64,000 nucleotides of DNA, from assembly GCA_040830765.1 (NCBI GenBank), contig JBFOMH010000032.1, positions 1 to 64,000 of the forward strand, given 5' to 3'. The position numbers and the translations under genes were made by a program. The notes beneath the pieces are model-generated. The model was not told the DNA's origin, made no database searches, and saw only the letters and a program-made list of their open reading frames with translations. Position 1 is the stretch's first letter. Every line of letters begins with the position of its first letter. This stretch comes from Puniceicoccaceae bacterium (GTDB taxonomy: Bacteria > Verrucomicrobiota > Verrucomicrobiia > Opitutales > Oceanipulchritudinaceae). Below are positions 51,471 to 61,517 of the stretch, piece by piece.

Positions 51471-54380
51471 ATGCGCTGGCTTTGTTTCATCTCCCTTGTC
51501 CTGTTGACTGCTTTAAATGCCCCTGCCGGAAGTCCCGAAATTCCATCATTTCCGGGAGCGGAAGGAGCTGGCGGACTGACACCTGGAGGTCGCGGGGGCC
51601 GGGTCCTGTTTGTCACCAACCTTCAGGATCGAGGTCCAGGCAGTTTCCGGGCGGCGGTTGAGGCAGCGGGTCCGCGCATCGTCGTCTTCCGGGTCAGTGG
51701 GCGGATCCAGTTAGAATCCCCGGTGGAGATCGAGCATCCCTACCTGACGGTGGCTGGCCAAACGGCACCGGGCGATGGCATCTGCATCAGTGGAGAGACC
51801 GTTTCCATCAATGCGGAGCATGTCATTATCCGCTACCTCCGGTTTCGACGGGGCAGCCTCGAACGGCGGGACGACGCCCTGAACGCGGTCCATTCGCCGG
51901 GCAACGTGATAATCGATCACTGTTCGTTCAGCTGGGGCCTTGACGAGAATGTCTCGCTATACCGGTACATGGTGCCGGACGGGGAGGGCGGATTCATCAA
52001 GAAGCCGATTGAGAACCTGACGATCCAGTGGTGCATATCCAGCGAAGGCTTGAACCTGCACAATCATGCCTTTGGCGCGACCTGGGGAGGGCGCAATGCC
52101 AGTTTTCATCACAATCTCTTTGCCAACAACACTGGCCGCATTCCCAGCATCGGCTGGGGGGACCATATTGATTTCAGGAACAATGTCTTGTTCAACTGGC
52201 GGCACCGCAATATCGACGGCGGCGACTCCTCCTCACGGATCAACATAATCGCCAATGCCTACAAGGCGGGTCCGGCAACGCGTCCGGGTGATTTGCAGTT
52301 CCGTATCGCCAAGCCGGAAGTATTCCGGTCCTTCAAGGAATCGGACCAAAGCGGCCAGTGGTACATTTCGGAGAATCTCGTTTTTGGATATCCTGACATA
52401 AGCGCCGACAACTGGAATGGAGGGGTGCAGTTTGAGGATGGTGTTCCGGACCAGAAAGTTGCCGCCTATGTCGATAAGATGCGGCAAGCGGATCCGGTGC
52501 CGATGGTTCGACCGTTAGTGCATGAAGCAGCAGATGCGGCGTATGCCGCAGTACTTGCCGGGGCGGGAGCAACCCGTCCGGTCCGCGACCCGGTTGACCG
52601 CCGGATCATTGATGAGGTTGCCTCGGGCGAACCGACATATGGCAACGGGATCATCAATACACCGGAGGAGGTCGGAGGCTGGCCTGAGTACCGTTCCCTG
52701 ACTCCGGTCGTGGACCGGGACAACGACGGGATGGCGGATGCATGGGAGAGGCGGTTCGCCCTTAATTGGAATAATCCTGCCGATTATGTCCACGATCCCG
52801 ACGGGGATGGCTATGGAAACCTTGAGGAGTACATCAACGGAACGCAGCCGCGCATCAATGACTTGGAAACCGATAGTGGGCAGTCCTTAACCAGCACGGA
52901 GATCAGCCTGGAGGAAACGTTGCGGCGTCATGTGGAATTCTTCAATGCCAATGATCCGGAACGGATAGTAAACCTGGTCTCCAACCGGGATTCGATGGAT
53001 TGGCTGAAGGATTCCATCCCACTCTTTGAATGTTCAGACTCGGAGATCGAGGAAATCTACTATTTCCGCTGGTGGGCCCTGCGGAAGCACTTGAAGGTCG
53101 TCGGGGACTACTTTGCCTACACGGAGTTCATTGAACTGGATACCAAGGCTCCATTCATTCCTCCGGAACGCACCATTGCCAGTGCGCTGGGTCATCATTT
53201 CCGGGAGACCCGCTGGTTAAGTGAGCAAAAATGGGATGACAGCTACATCCGCTATTGGCTGCAGGGGAAGGGCGGCGAGCCACAAGGACATTTTCATCGA
53301 TACAGCAGCTGGCTAATTGAGTCCCTCTGGCATCGAGCCATGGTGACCGGGGATTGGGATGATCTCCTTGAATTGTATCCATTGCTTCTGGCGGACTACG
53401 AGCGCTGGAAGGAGGAAAAGCAGCTCCAGTCCGGACTTTACTGGCAGTATGACGTCTGGGATGCGATGGAGGAATCCATCAGCGGTTCGCGCCATGAGAA
53501 AAACCTGCGGCCGACGATCAACAGCTACATGTACGGAAATGCCCGGGCGCTTGTCGCGATGGCCCGCCTGGCCGGTGACGAGGAGACTGCATCTGACCTC
53601 GAGGTGGAAGCGGCCGAGTTGAGGGAACGGGTCCTGGTCCAATTGTGGAATGAGGAGAGGAGTTTCTTCGAGGTCCGGAGTCCGGAAGGCGGATTCGCTA
53701 ATGTCCGGGAAGCGATTGGATTCATTCCGTGGTATTTTCATTTGCCTCCCGACGAGGCAGAATACGGAGAGGCCTGGAAGCAACTGGTGGACCCGGAAGG
53801 ATTCTGGGCACCTTGGGGACTCACGACCGCTGAAAGGCGTCATCCGGAATTCCGATCCCATGGGGTGGGAACCTGTGAATGGGATGGTGCCATCTGGCCT
53901 TATGCGACGTCGCAGACCTTGCACGCGATGGGGAACCTCTTGCGGGATTATGAGCACACTCCTGTCACCCGGGATGATTACTTCGATGCCTTTGTCACCT
54001 ACACCCGTTCCCAATATTATGACGGAATCCCCCATATTGGTGAGTATCAGGATGAGACGACCGGCCAATGGTTGAAGGGGCGCAATCCCCGCAGTGCCTT
54101 TTATCATCACTCTACCTATGCTGACCTGCTGATAACGGGCCTGATCGGCCTGCGACCGCGGGCGGACTCCATCATTGAAGTTGATCCGCTCCTTCCTGCA
54201 GGGCGCTGGGAGTGGTTCCGGCTCGAAAACGTAAGCTATCGCGGGCACAACTTGAGCATCGTCTGGGATGCAGACGGGCAGCGCTACGGCTTGGGTCCGG
54301 GCATGCATCTGATGGTTGACGGTGAAAAGGTTGCTTCATCGTCCTCTCTTGAGCCCTTGACGGGGGAACTGCCGGAATGA
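51471..54380 (+). CDS. PL1 pectate lyase fused to a GH142 beta-L-arabinofuranosidase domain
   Basis: N half: SFPGAEG, AGQTAPGDG, IDHCSFSW, DRDNDG. C half: IPLFEC, YYFRWW, DAMEESISG, RPTINSYMYGNA, CEWDGAIWP, IGEY, HSTY, matching the recalled C-terminal domain of BT1020. Start ATG 51471. Confidence 0.85.
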   Translation: MRWLCFISLVLLTALNAPAGSPEIPSFPGAEGAGGLTPGGRGGRVLFVTNLQDRGPGSFRAAVEAAGPRIVVFRVSGRIQLESPVEIEHPYLTVAGQTAPGDGICISGETVSINAEHVIIRYLRFRRGSLERRDDALNAVHSPGNVIIDHCSFSWGLDENVSLYRYMVPDGEGGFIKKPIENLTIQWCISSEGLNLHNHAFGATWGGRNASFHHNLFANNTGRIPSIGWGDHIDFRNNVLFNWRHRNIDGGDSSSRINIIANAYKAGPATRPGDLQFRIAKPEVFRSFKESDQSGQWYISENLVFGYPDISADNWNGGVQFEDGVPDQKVAAYVDKMRQADPVPMVRPLVHEAADAAYAAVLAGAGATRPVRDPVDRRIIDEVASGEPTYGNGIINTPEEVGGWPEYRSLTPVVDRDNDGMADAWERRFALNWNNPADYVHDPDGDGYGNLEEYINGTQPRINDLETDSGQSLTSTEISLEETLRRHVEFFNANDPERIVNLVSNRDSMDWLKDSIPLFECSDSEIEEIYYFRWWALRKHLKVVGDYFAYTEFIELDTKAPFIPPERTIASALGHHFRETRWLSEQKWDDSYIRYWLQGKGGEPQGHFHRYSSWLIESLWHRAMVTGDWDDLLELYPLLLADYERWKEEKQLQSGLYWQYDVWDAMEESISGSRHEKNLRPTINSYMYGNARALVAMARLAGDEETASDLEVEAAELRERVLVQLWNEERSFFEVRSPEGGFANVREAIGFIPWYFHLPPDEAEYGEAWKQLVDPEGFWAPWGLTTAERRHPEFRSHGVGTCEWDGAIWPYATSQTLHAMGNLLRDYEHTPVTRDDYFDAFVTYTRSQYYDGIPHIGEYQDETTGQWLKGRNPRSAFYHHSTYADLLITGLIGLRPRADSIIEVDPLLPAGRWEWFRLENVSYRGHNLSIVWDADGQRYGLGPGMHLMVDGEKVASSSSLEPLTGELPE

Positions 54381-57300
54381 AGCTCGGCTTTGCCAGTCGA
54401 GTTGTCTGCCTCACCAGCCTTGCCGGATTGGTTCTATCCACGAATGGAATTGCCGAACAAGTGGGGCAGGTGGTCCATCTGGATCGGACCGGTAGCCTGG
54501 TTTACGAGGTGGATGATAGAGGGAACCGCTTACCCGACTTTTCCCATGCCGGTTACATGGGAGGCGGCGTGCCCTTGCCGGAAGTTGGTGCCGTCGTCCG
54601 GGTCTCTCCGGTTGACGGGGATGATACGGCCCGCTTGCAGGCAGCTATCGACCACGTATCCGGCTTGCCTGCAGGTCCTGATGGATGGCGCGGAGCTGTC
54701 TTGCTGGAGGCAGGCACATTCGAGGTTAGTGAATCGCTCTTTATTCGGGATAGCGGTGTCGTCCTTCGTGGCCACGGTTCAGGTGAGGACGGAACCATCC
54801 TGTTAGCCATTGGGCCGGGTAGATACACGTTGCTGCGAATCCTGGGGGACGCCTCCATTGACTTCGCAGGGGAAGCCGTGGCCATCAAGACGCCTTGCAC
54901 TGTTGGAGCCACTTCCGTGGAACTGGCGGATGCCAGTGGATTTTCCAAGGGCGATCGCATCCGGGTATTCCGGCCTTCAACTATGGAATGGATTGAGGAG
55001 GTCGGCATGGACACAGCCCCCGCGCGCACCCCCTACAAGTGGAAACCCGGCACGGTGGATCTGGCATGGCACCGGGTCGTCGAATCGACACAAGGGAACA
55101 CGCTTGTTCTCGATGCCCCTCTTACTTCCGCCCTCGATGATGGAGCAGGGAGTGGGACGGTTCAGCGCATCGATTCCATGGGAAGAATTACACAGGTGGG
55201 AATTGAGCACTTGCGCATGGTCTCATCCTATGACCGGGAAAATCCCAAGGACGAGAATCATCCTTGGATGGCCGTCGAGCTGGACCATGTCGAGAACGCC
55301 TGGATCGACGACCTGACGGGTGTTCATTTTGTCAGTTCCATCGTGGATGTTGGAGTCGATTGCCGTGCCATCACCGTCTCCAATTGCCGCTCCCTGGAAC
55401 CGGTATCGGAAGACGGCGGTTACCGGCGGCATGCCTTTCACTCATCCGGTGAACTGGTTCTTTTCAATCGCTGCTACTCGGAATACGGCCGTTGTGATTT
55501 CACTACCGGTTACCAGACTGCCGGTCCGGTTGTCTTTCTTGACTGTGAGGCCCGTCACTCCAGCGGCAGGAGCGGGTCCCTGGGCAGTTGGTCCTCGGGT
55601 ATCCTCTTTGACAATGTTACCATAGACGGTGGCCAGTTGGCGCTCGACAATCTTGAAATCCGGTTTGGCGGGGCGGGTTGGTCCGCGGCAAATTCCATTC
55701 TCTGGCAGTGTTCCGCTTCCCAGATTGTTGTCCAGTCCCCACCAGGGGCCAGGAATTGGGGAGTCGGTGTATGGGGAGAGTTCTACGGGGATGGCCGCTG
55801 GCAGCAATCCAACGAGTTTGTCACGCCGCAAAGCCTGTACCTGGCCCAATTGAGGGAGCGTCTTGGCCAGAAAGCGGTCCTTGCCACCAAGGACCGTCAG
55901 CGGTGTATAGACAATCTGGATGTCATTCCGGTCTTTGAGGAGGTTGTGCCTGCGATCGCAATGCCGGTTGTCGAGGAAAAGCATCCTATGACCATCCGCA
56001 ATGGCTGGCTGACCGATCCGGATGGCCTCATGACGGGTGGACGATCCCCGGTCTCCTGGTGGAGGGGAAATCTGGCCCCGGCACGAACCCGCCAGCACAA
56101 TGCCGCCCTGACTCGATTCCTGCCCGGCCGATACGGGCAGGGTGCCACCGATGACCTGCATGAGCTAGCCAAAATGATGAAGGCGCGTAGTGAAATTCAA
56201 CTACGCCATCATTACGGGCTCTGGTACGACCGCCGCCGGGAGGACCACCAGATGATCCGTCGTCACTCCAATGATGTCTGGCCGCCTTTCTTCGAGCAGC
56301 CCTATGCCCGCAGCGGTAGGGGAATCGCCTGGGATGGATTGAGCAAGTACGACCTTGAGCGCTTCAATCCCTGGTATTTCAGCCGACTGGAGCAGTTTGC
56401 GGAAATTGCCGGGACGGAGGGGCTGGTCCTGGTCAATGAGATGTTTTTCCAGCATAACATCATTGAATCCGGCGCTCACTGGGTGGATTGCCCATGGCGG
56501 CCGGTCAACAACATCAACGACACTCCCTTCCCGGAGCCACCGCCATTTACGGGCGACACGGTGAAGATAGGAAACATGTTTTATGATGTTGAGAATGATA
56601 AGCTGCGGGCGATTCATAAAGCCTATATCCGCCAGTGTCTCGCGAATCTTTCCGGGCAATCGAATGTCATCCACACGACAGGGGATGAGTTCACCGGCCC
56701 GTTGCACTTTGTTGAATTCTGGCTGGATACCATCATCGCCTGGACAGGGGAGGGTAATCCGGATCCTGTGGTGGCCCTGAGTGTAACCAAGGATGTCCAG
56801 GATGCCATTCTCAAGGATCCGGCGCGCGAGCCGGCAGTCGATGTCATTGAAATCAAGTACTGGTTCAATACCGCCGCCGGGCTTTTCACACCTGCCGGTG
56901 GAGAGGAACTGGCGCCCCGGCAACACCTCCGCAAGTGGAAAGGCGGTCGCTCCACGCCACGGGATGTGGCGATGATGATCCGGGACTACCGGGAGGCCTT
57001 TCCGGACAAGGCCATCATCTGTTCCGAAATCGCCGGCCTGGATGGCTGGGCCGTGCTTGCCGGGGGTGGCTCATTGCCTAACCTGCCACCGACTCTTGAT
57101 AACGAACTGCGGCGTCAACTACCGGACGCAAAGGTCATCAATCCTCCATTATCGGTCCGCTCCAAGCAGTGGACGCTGGGTCAACCGGGCGAATTCTACT
57201 TCATCTACTCCCTGGATGGTGATTGCAGCCTCCTGGACCTGCGGGGCCATCCGGGCGCTTACAGTGTCCACTCCATCGATCCCTCGACCGGGCAATTGCA

Positions 57301-57400
57301 TCCCTCCGGACTGACAATGCAAGGGGACGAACTGGTGGAGATTAAGAACAATGAGACAAACCCCTCCCTTTTCTGGATAAAACGTCAATCCGCCCCCTAG
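54377..57400 (+). CDS. DUF6298-type protein: N-terminal pectin-lyase-fold beta-helix + C-terminal barrel-like domain
   Basis: PDFSHAGY.GG, GVVLRG, GGYRRH beta-helix; HHYGLWYDRRR.DH, DGLSKYDL, FFQHNIIE.GAHW C-domain. Confidence 0.65.
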   Translation: MKLGFASRVVCLTSLAGLVLSTNGIAEQVGQVVHLDRTGSLVYEVDDRGNRLPDFSHAGYMGGGVPLPEVGAVVRVSPVDGDDTARLQAAIDHVSGLPAGPDGWRGAVLLEAGTFEVSESLFIRDSGVVLRGHGSGEDGTILLAIGPGRYTLLRILGDASIDFAGEAVAIKTPCTVGATSVELADASGFSKGDRIRVFRPSTMEWIEEVGMDTAPARTPYKWKPGTVDLAWHRVVESTQGNTLVLDAPLTSALDDGAGSGTVQRIDSMGRITQVGIEHLRMVSSYDRENPKDENHPWMAVELDHVENAWIDDLTGVHFVSSIVDVGVDCRAITVSNCRSLEPVSEDGGYRRHAFHSSGELVLFNRCYSEYGRCDFTTGYQTAGPVVFLDCEARHSSGRSGSLGSWSSGILFDNVTIDGGQLALDNLEIRFGGAGWSAANSILWQCSASQIVVQSPPGARNWGVGVWGEFYGDGRWQQSNEFVTPQSLYLAQLRERLGQKAVLATKDRQRCIDNLDVIPVFEEVVPAIAMPVVEEKHPMTIRNGWLTDPDGLMTGGRSPVSWWRGNLAPARTRQHNAALTRFLPGRYGQGATDDLHELAKMMKARSEIQLRHHYGLWYDRRREDHQMIRRHSNDVWPPFFEQPYARSGRGIAWDGLSKYDLERFNPWYFSRLEQFAEIAGTEGLVLVNEMFFQHNIIESGAHWVDCPWRPVNNINDTPFPEPPPFTGDTVKIGNMFYDVENDKLRAIHKAYIRQCLANLSGQSNVIHTTGDEFTGPLHFVEFWLDTIIAWTGEGNPDPVVALSVTKDVQDAILKDPAREPAVDVIEIKYWFNTAAGLFTPAGGEELAPRQHLRKWKGGRSTPRDVAMMIRDYREAFPDKAIICSEIAGLDGWAVLAGGGSLPNLPPTLDNELRRQLPDAKVINPPLSVRSKQWTLGQPGEFYFIYSLDGDCSLLDLRGHPGAYSVHSIDPSTGQLHPSGLTMQGDELVEIKNNETNPSLFWIKRQSAP

Positions 57401-57410
57401 CCGAAATTCC

Positions 57411-58385
57411 ATGCGTTACCTTGTCTACCTCCTCTCCTTTCTCCTTGCTTCCAGTCAGTTTCTCGCGGCGGAAGAGGAAACCGTCCTGCCTGAGACCTGT
57501 TACCTGTTCGCGCACTTTTATTTGAACGGTGACAGCGGCCTGCATTTGGCATGGAGTCCGGATGGCCTCAAGTGGACCATGCTCAACGGGGGCGAAAGTT
57601 TTCTCGTTCCGGCGGTCGGGGAGTCCGGACTTATGCGCGACCCCAGTTTGACGGTTGGCCCGGACGGGCGCTTCCACATGGTCTGGACAACTTCCTGGAC
57701 CGGTCAGACCATAGGCTATGCTTCTTCGGACGACCTCCTTAACTGGAGCGAGCAGAAGGCGATCCCGGTCATGGGGCATGAGCCTGAGGTCTGGAACTGC
57801 TGGGCCCCAGAGGTCATCTGGGTCCCGGAGGATGAGCACTTTCTCATTATCTGGTCGTCCACCATAACCGGCAGGTTTCCCGAGACCGGCCTGACCAACA
57901 GGCGACCGCCAAGAAACCACCGTATCTATCGTACAACTACAAAAAATTTCGTAACATTTACCCCGACGGAGCTGCATTACGATGGGGGCTTCAATGTGAT
58001 TGACGCGGTGCTGACTCCGTTCGGCGACGAATGGATGATGTTTGTCAAGCATGAGGCGGTCAGTCCGCATACGCAGAAGAATATTCGCTCGATCCGTTGC
58101 CGGACACCTTACGGGCCATTCTCGGCGAGCTCCGCTCCCATCTCCGGGGAGCACTGGTCGGAGGGACCGTCGGTCCTCAAGGTCGGGGACGCCTGGTTGC
58201 TATATTACGACCAGCATATGATCGATGTATATGGCTGTCGCCGGACGGTGGATTTCCAAAACTGGGACAACCTTGATGCCGAAGTGGAGTTTCCCCACCG
58301 GGCGAAGCACGGGAGCTTTGTTGCCGTCGACCGGGCATTCCTGCTGCAACTTATGGAAGCGACAGGCGACACTACAAAACAATAA
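57411..58385 (+). CDS. GH43 arabinofuranosidase (BT1021-like)
   Basis: GLHLAWS.DG, LMRDP, CWAPE, NVIDA, SEGP, HGS. Confidence 0.85.
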   Translation: MRYLVYLLSFLLASSQFLAAEEETVLPETCYLFAHFYLNGDSGLHLAWSPDGLKWTMLNGGESFLVPAVGESGLMRDPSLTVGPDGRFHMVWTTSWTGQTIGYASSDDLLNWSEQKAIPVMGHEPEVWNCWAPEVIWVPEDEHFLIIWSSTITGRFPETGLTNRRPPRNHRIYRTTTKNFVTFTPTELHYDGGFNVIDAVLTPFGDEWMMFVKHEAVSPHTQKNIRSIRCRTPYGPFSASSAPISGEHWSEGPSVLKVGDAWLLYYDQHMIDVYGCRRTVDFQNWDNLDAEVEFPHRAKHGSFVAVDRAFLLQLMEATGDTTKQ

Positions 58386-58391
58386 CTTGTC

Positions 58392-59960
58392 ATGAATAAC
58401 AAACAGCTGATAACCGGCCTTACCGGCCTATTCCTTGCCATGCTTTCTTGCCATGGTGCCGATTTCAACGTGCTCGACCATGGGGCAACCGGCGATGGGG
58501 AGACCCTCGACACCGCAGCCATCCATGCGGCGATCGATGCCTGTTCCGAGGCAGGTGGGGGAAGAGTGGTTGTCCCGGCGGGTCGCTATCTCACCGGATC
58601 CATTCACCTCGAGGACAACGTTAACCTCTACCTCGCCGGTGGAGCTGAACTGCTGTACAGCGGGGACCCTGAGGATTCGCCGCTCGTGCAAACCCGATGG
58701 GAAGGGACACGCGTCTATACCCATGGGCCGCTGATTTACGCCAACGGGAAAAAGAATATCAGTGTCACCGGACGCGGGCGCATCAATGGGCAGGGAGTCA
58801 ACTGGTGGTGGAGAAATACCGAAGATCCTGCCCGCGTGCATATTTCCCAACCGGCAAAGGATGCATGGTTAGCGCTTTTCAAACGCATCCAGGCTGGGGA
58901 ACCCTTCGAGAAGGCCGACTTCGAGTTGCCCTCCAAGTTCCTTCGCCCGTCGCTGGTTGTCTTCTACGAGTGCGAAAACGTTCTCGTGGAAGGAGTCACC
59001 TTGCTGGATTCCCCGATGTGGATGCTGCATCCCATTTTCTGTGAGAATGTCCTCATCAACGGTGTATCGTTCGTCTCCTACGGTCCCAACGGGGACGGGA
59101 TTGATATCGATTCCTGCAGGAATGTCCGGGTCTCGGACTGCTACTTCGACACCGAGGACGACTGCATCGTCATCAAGTCCGGACGTGATGCCGATGGACG
59201 GCGGGTCGGACGGGCTTCCGAATTCATCACGATCACCAATTGTGTCATGTACCGCGGCCATGGGGCAGTGGTCATTGGTAGCGAGATGTCCGGTGGCGTG
59301 CGGGATGTCAGCGCCTCCAATATTGTCTGCTTCGGAACGGATCGGGGGATTCGCCTGAAGACTGCTCGTGGCCGGGGCGGGGTGGTGGAGAACCTCCGCT
59401 TCGACAATTGGGTCATTCATGATTCCCCGCAGGAAGCCATCCAGATTAGCAGCAATTACGTGGACTTGCCGGAGGAACCATTCACCGAGCGGACACCGAC
59501 GATGCGCAATGTCTCGATCAGCAACGTCACAGTCAATGGTGCGCGGACCGTCATCAACATCGGTGGTTTAGCGGAGCAACCGATTGAGGGCCTGCGTTTC
59601 AGTGACATCCGGGGCCGTGGCCAGGCGGGAATGGTCTGCAACCTGGCGCGCGATGTTGAAGTGCACGATGTCCGCATTGACGCGGAGGAGGGCCCGGCCT
59701 TTTTCTTCAGCGATGTCGAGGACATCCATCTGGATAATGTCGGTACCCGGACCTCCCGGAGGGAACCGGTCATTGCCCTGCACAATGCGCGCAATGTCTG
59801 GTTGCACGATTCCCTGGCCGTCCGTGGTAACCGGACATTTGTCCAGGTCCAGGGTGCGGCCTCCAATGGTATCATTATGAGTGGTAACGAGCTCTCCGCT
59901 GCTACCAAGTCCGTCATTCTCGGCCCGGATGTACACCCGGAGGCAGTACGGGAAGATTAG
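58392..59960 (+). CDS. GH28 polygalacturonase
   Basis: NGDGID, EDDCIVIKSGRD, GHG, IGSEMSGG, RLKT. Confidence 0.92.
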   Translation: MNNKQLITGLTGLFLAMLSCHGADFNVLDHGATGDGETLDTAAIHAAIDACSEAGGGRVVVPAGRYLTGSIHLEDNVNLYLAGGAELLYSGDPEDSPLVQTRWEGTRVYTHGPLIYANGKKNISVTGRGRINGQGVNWWWRNTEDPARVHISQPAKDAWLALFKRIQAGEPFEKADFELPSKFLRPSLVVFYECENVLVEGVTLLDSPMWMLHPIFCENVLINGVSFVSYGPNGDGIDIDSCRNVRVSDCYFDTEDDCIVIKSGRDADGRRVGRASEFITITNCVMYRGHGAVVIGSEMSGGVRDVSASNIVCFGTDRGIRLKTARGRGGVVENLRFDNWVIHDSPQEAIQISSNYVDLPEEPFTERTPTMRNVSISNVTVNGARTVINIGGLAEQPIEGLRFSDIRGRGQAGMVCNLARDVEVHDVRIDAEEGPAFFFSDVEDIHLDNVGTRTSRREPVIALHNARNVWLHDSLAVRGNRTFVQVQGAASNGIIMSGNELSAATKSVILGPDVHPEAVRED

Positions 59961-60002
59961 GCCGACCCTTATCCCAAAAACCCACGGCAACACTTCTATT
60001 TC

Positions 60003-61517
60003 ATGTCATCACACATATCAGCACTCGATCTCTGGGTACTCGGTATCTACTTCCTCGCTGTATTGGGAATTGGATACGGTTTCCGTCGTAAAAGCAGTTC
60101 TGTGGACGGCTTCACCGCGGCTGGAAGAAGCCTTCCCGGATGGCTGACCGGGCTTTCCATATTGGGAACCTACGTCAGTAGCATCAGCTTCCTGGCCTTG
60201 CCGGGAAAGGCCTTTATCGACAACTGGAATCCCTTTGTTTTCAGCCTTTCCCTGCCCATCAGTACCTGGATTGCCGTGCGCTGGTTTCTTCCGTTCTACC
60301 GGAACTCGTCTCATGTCTCGGCCTATGAGCACCTGGAGGAACGGTTCGGCACCTGGGCGCGTATCTACGCCAGTTTCTGTTATTTGCTGACCCAGCTGGC
60401 CCGCATGGGAACGGTGATGTATCTCATGGCCTTGCCGATGAGCGTCCTGCTGGGTTGGGATATCCGCATTATCCTCCTGATAACGGGGATCTCAGTCACC
60501 ATCTACACCTTCCTTGGTGGATTGGTGGCCGTTATTTGGACGGACGCCCTGCAGACGGTGATTCTCATCCTTGGGGCCTTGGTTTGTGCATTCCTGATGG
60601 TCAGTGGATTGCCGGAGGGTCCCGGCCAGTTGATTGATATCGCTGTCGAGCATGGCAAGTTCAGCCTGGGGAGCTTTGGACTGACGCTCTTCGAATCAAC
60701 CTTCTGGGTGACCCTTGTTTACGGCCTGGTCATCAACCTGCAGAATTTCGGTATCGATCAGAACTACATCCAGCGTTACTTTGCCGCCCGTTCCGACGCC
60801 GAAGCGCGCAAGAGTATCTGGATTGGCGGCCTGCTTTATATTCCAGTTTCCGCCGTTTTCTTCTTCATCGGAACAGCGCTTTTCGCCTACTACAGCGTCT
60901 ACCCGCAGGAGTTGCCGGTTTCCTACACCGAGGGTGGCATGGCTGATTCGGTATTCCCGCACTTTATTGTCTCTGTCCTGCCGGCCGGAATAACCGGATT
61001 GTTGATTGCGGCTGTTTTCGCCGCCGCCATGAGCACGGTCTCCACCAGTCTCAATTCCTCGGCGACGATCATCATGAATGATTATTTTATCCGGCTTTTC
61101 CGGCCCAATGCCACCGAGAAGCAATCGATGCGCATGCTGCACGGAACGACCATCGTATGGGGAGCCCTCGGCACCCTTATTGCCATTGCGATGACGACCG
61201 TCCGCAGCGCGCTCGATGCCTGGTGGACCCTGGCCGGTATTTTCGGCGGGGGAATTCTCGGGCTATTCCTGCTGGGCTTTCTTTCCCGGAAACCGAAATC
61301 GAGCTGTGCCCTGTGGGGTGTTGTTGCCGGCGTCACGATCATCCTGTGGATGACCCTTTCGCCGAAAATGGAGTTTCTTCCACAATTCCTCAAGAGCCCC
61401 TTCCACAACTTTCTCATTATTGTCTTTGGGACCGCGACCATTCTTGGCGTTGGCTTTCTGCTGACCCGTTTCTTGAGCGGGGCCAAAGCTGTACCACAAC
61501 CCTCTTCCAATGAATAA
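60003..61517 (+). CDS. Sodium:solute symporter (SiaT-like)
   Basis: SSISFLALPG, SAYEHLEERF, WTDALQ, DQNYIQRY. Confidence 0.9.
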   Translation: MSSHISALDLWVLGIYFLAVLGIGYGFRRKSSSVDGFTAAGRSLPGWLTGLSILGTYVSSISFLALPGKAFIDNWNPFVFSLSLPISTWIAVRWFLPFYRNSSHVSAYEHLEERFGTWARIYASFCYLLTQLARMGTVMYLMALPMSVLLGWDIRIILLITGISVTIYTFLGGLVAVIWTDALQTVILILGALVCAFLMVSGLPEGPGQLIDIAVEHGKFSLGSFGLTLFESTFWVTLVYGLVINLQNFGIDQNYIQRYFAARSDAEARKSIWIGGLLYIPVSAVFFFIGTALFAYYSVYPQELPVSYTEGGMADSVFPHFIVSVLPAGITGLLIAAVFAAAMSTVSTSLNSSATIIMNDYFIRLFRPNATEKQSMRMLHGTTIVWGALGTLIAIAMTTVRSALDAWWTLAGIFGGGILGLFLLGFLSRKPKSSCALWGVVAGVTIILWMTLSPKMEFLPQFLKSPFHNFLIIVFGTATILGVGFLLTRFLSGAKAVPQPSSNE

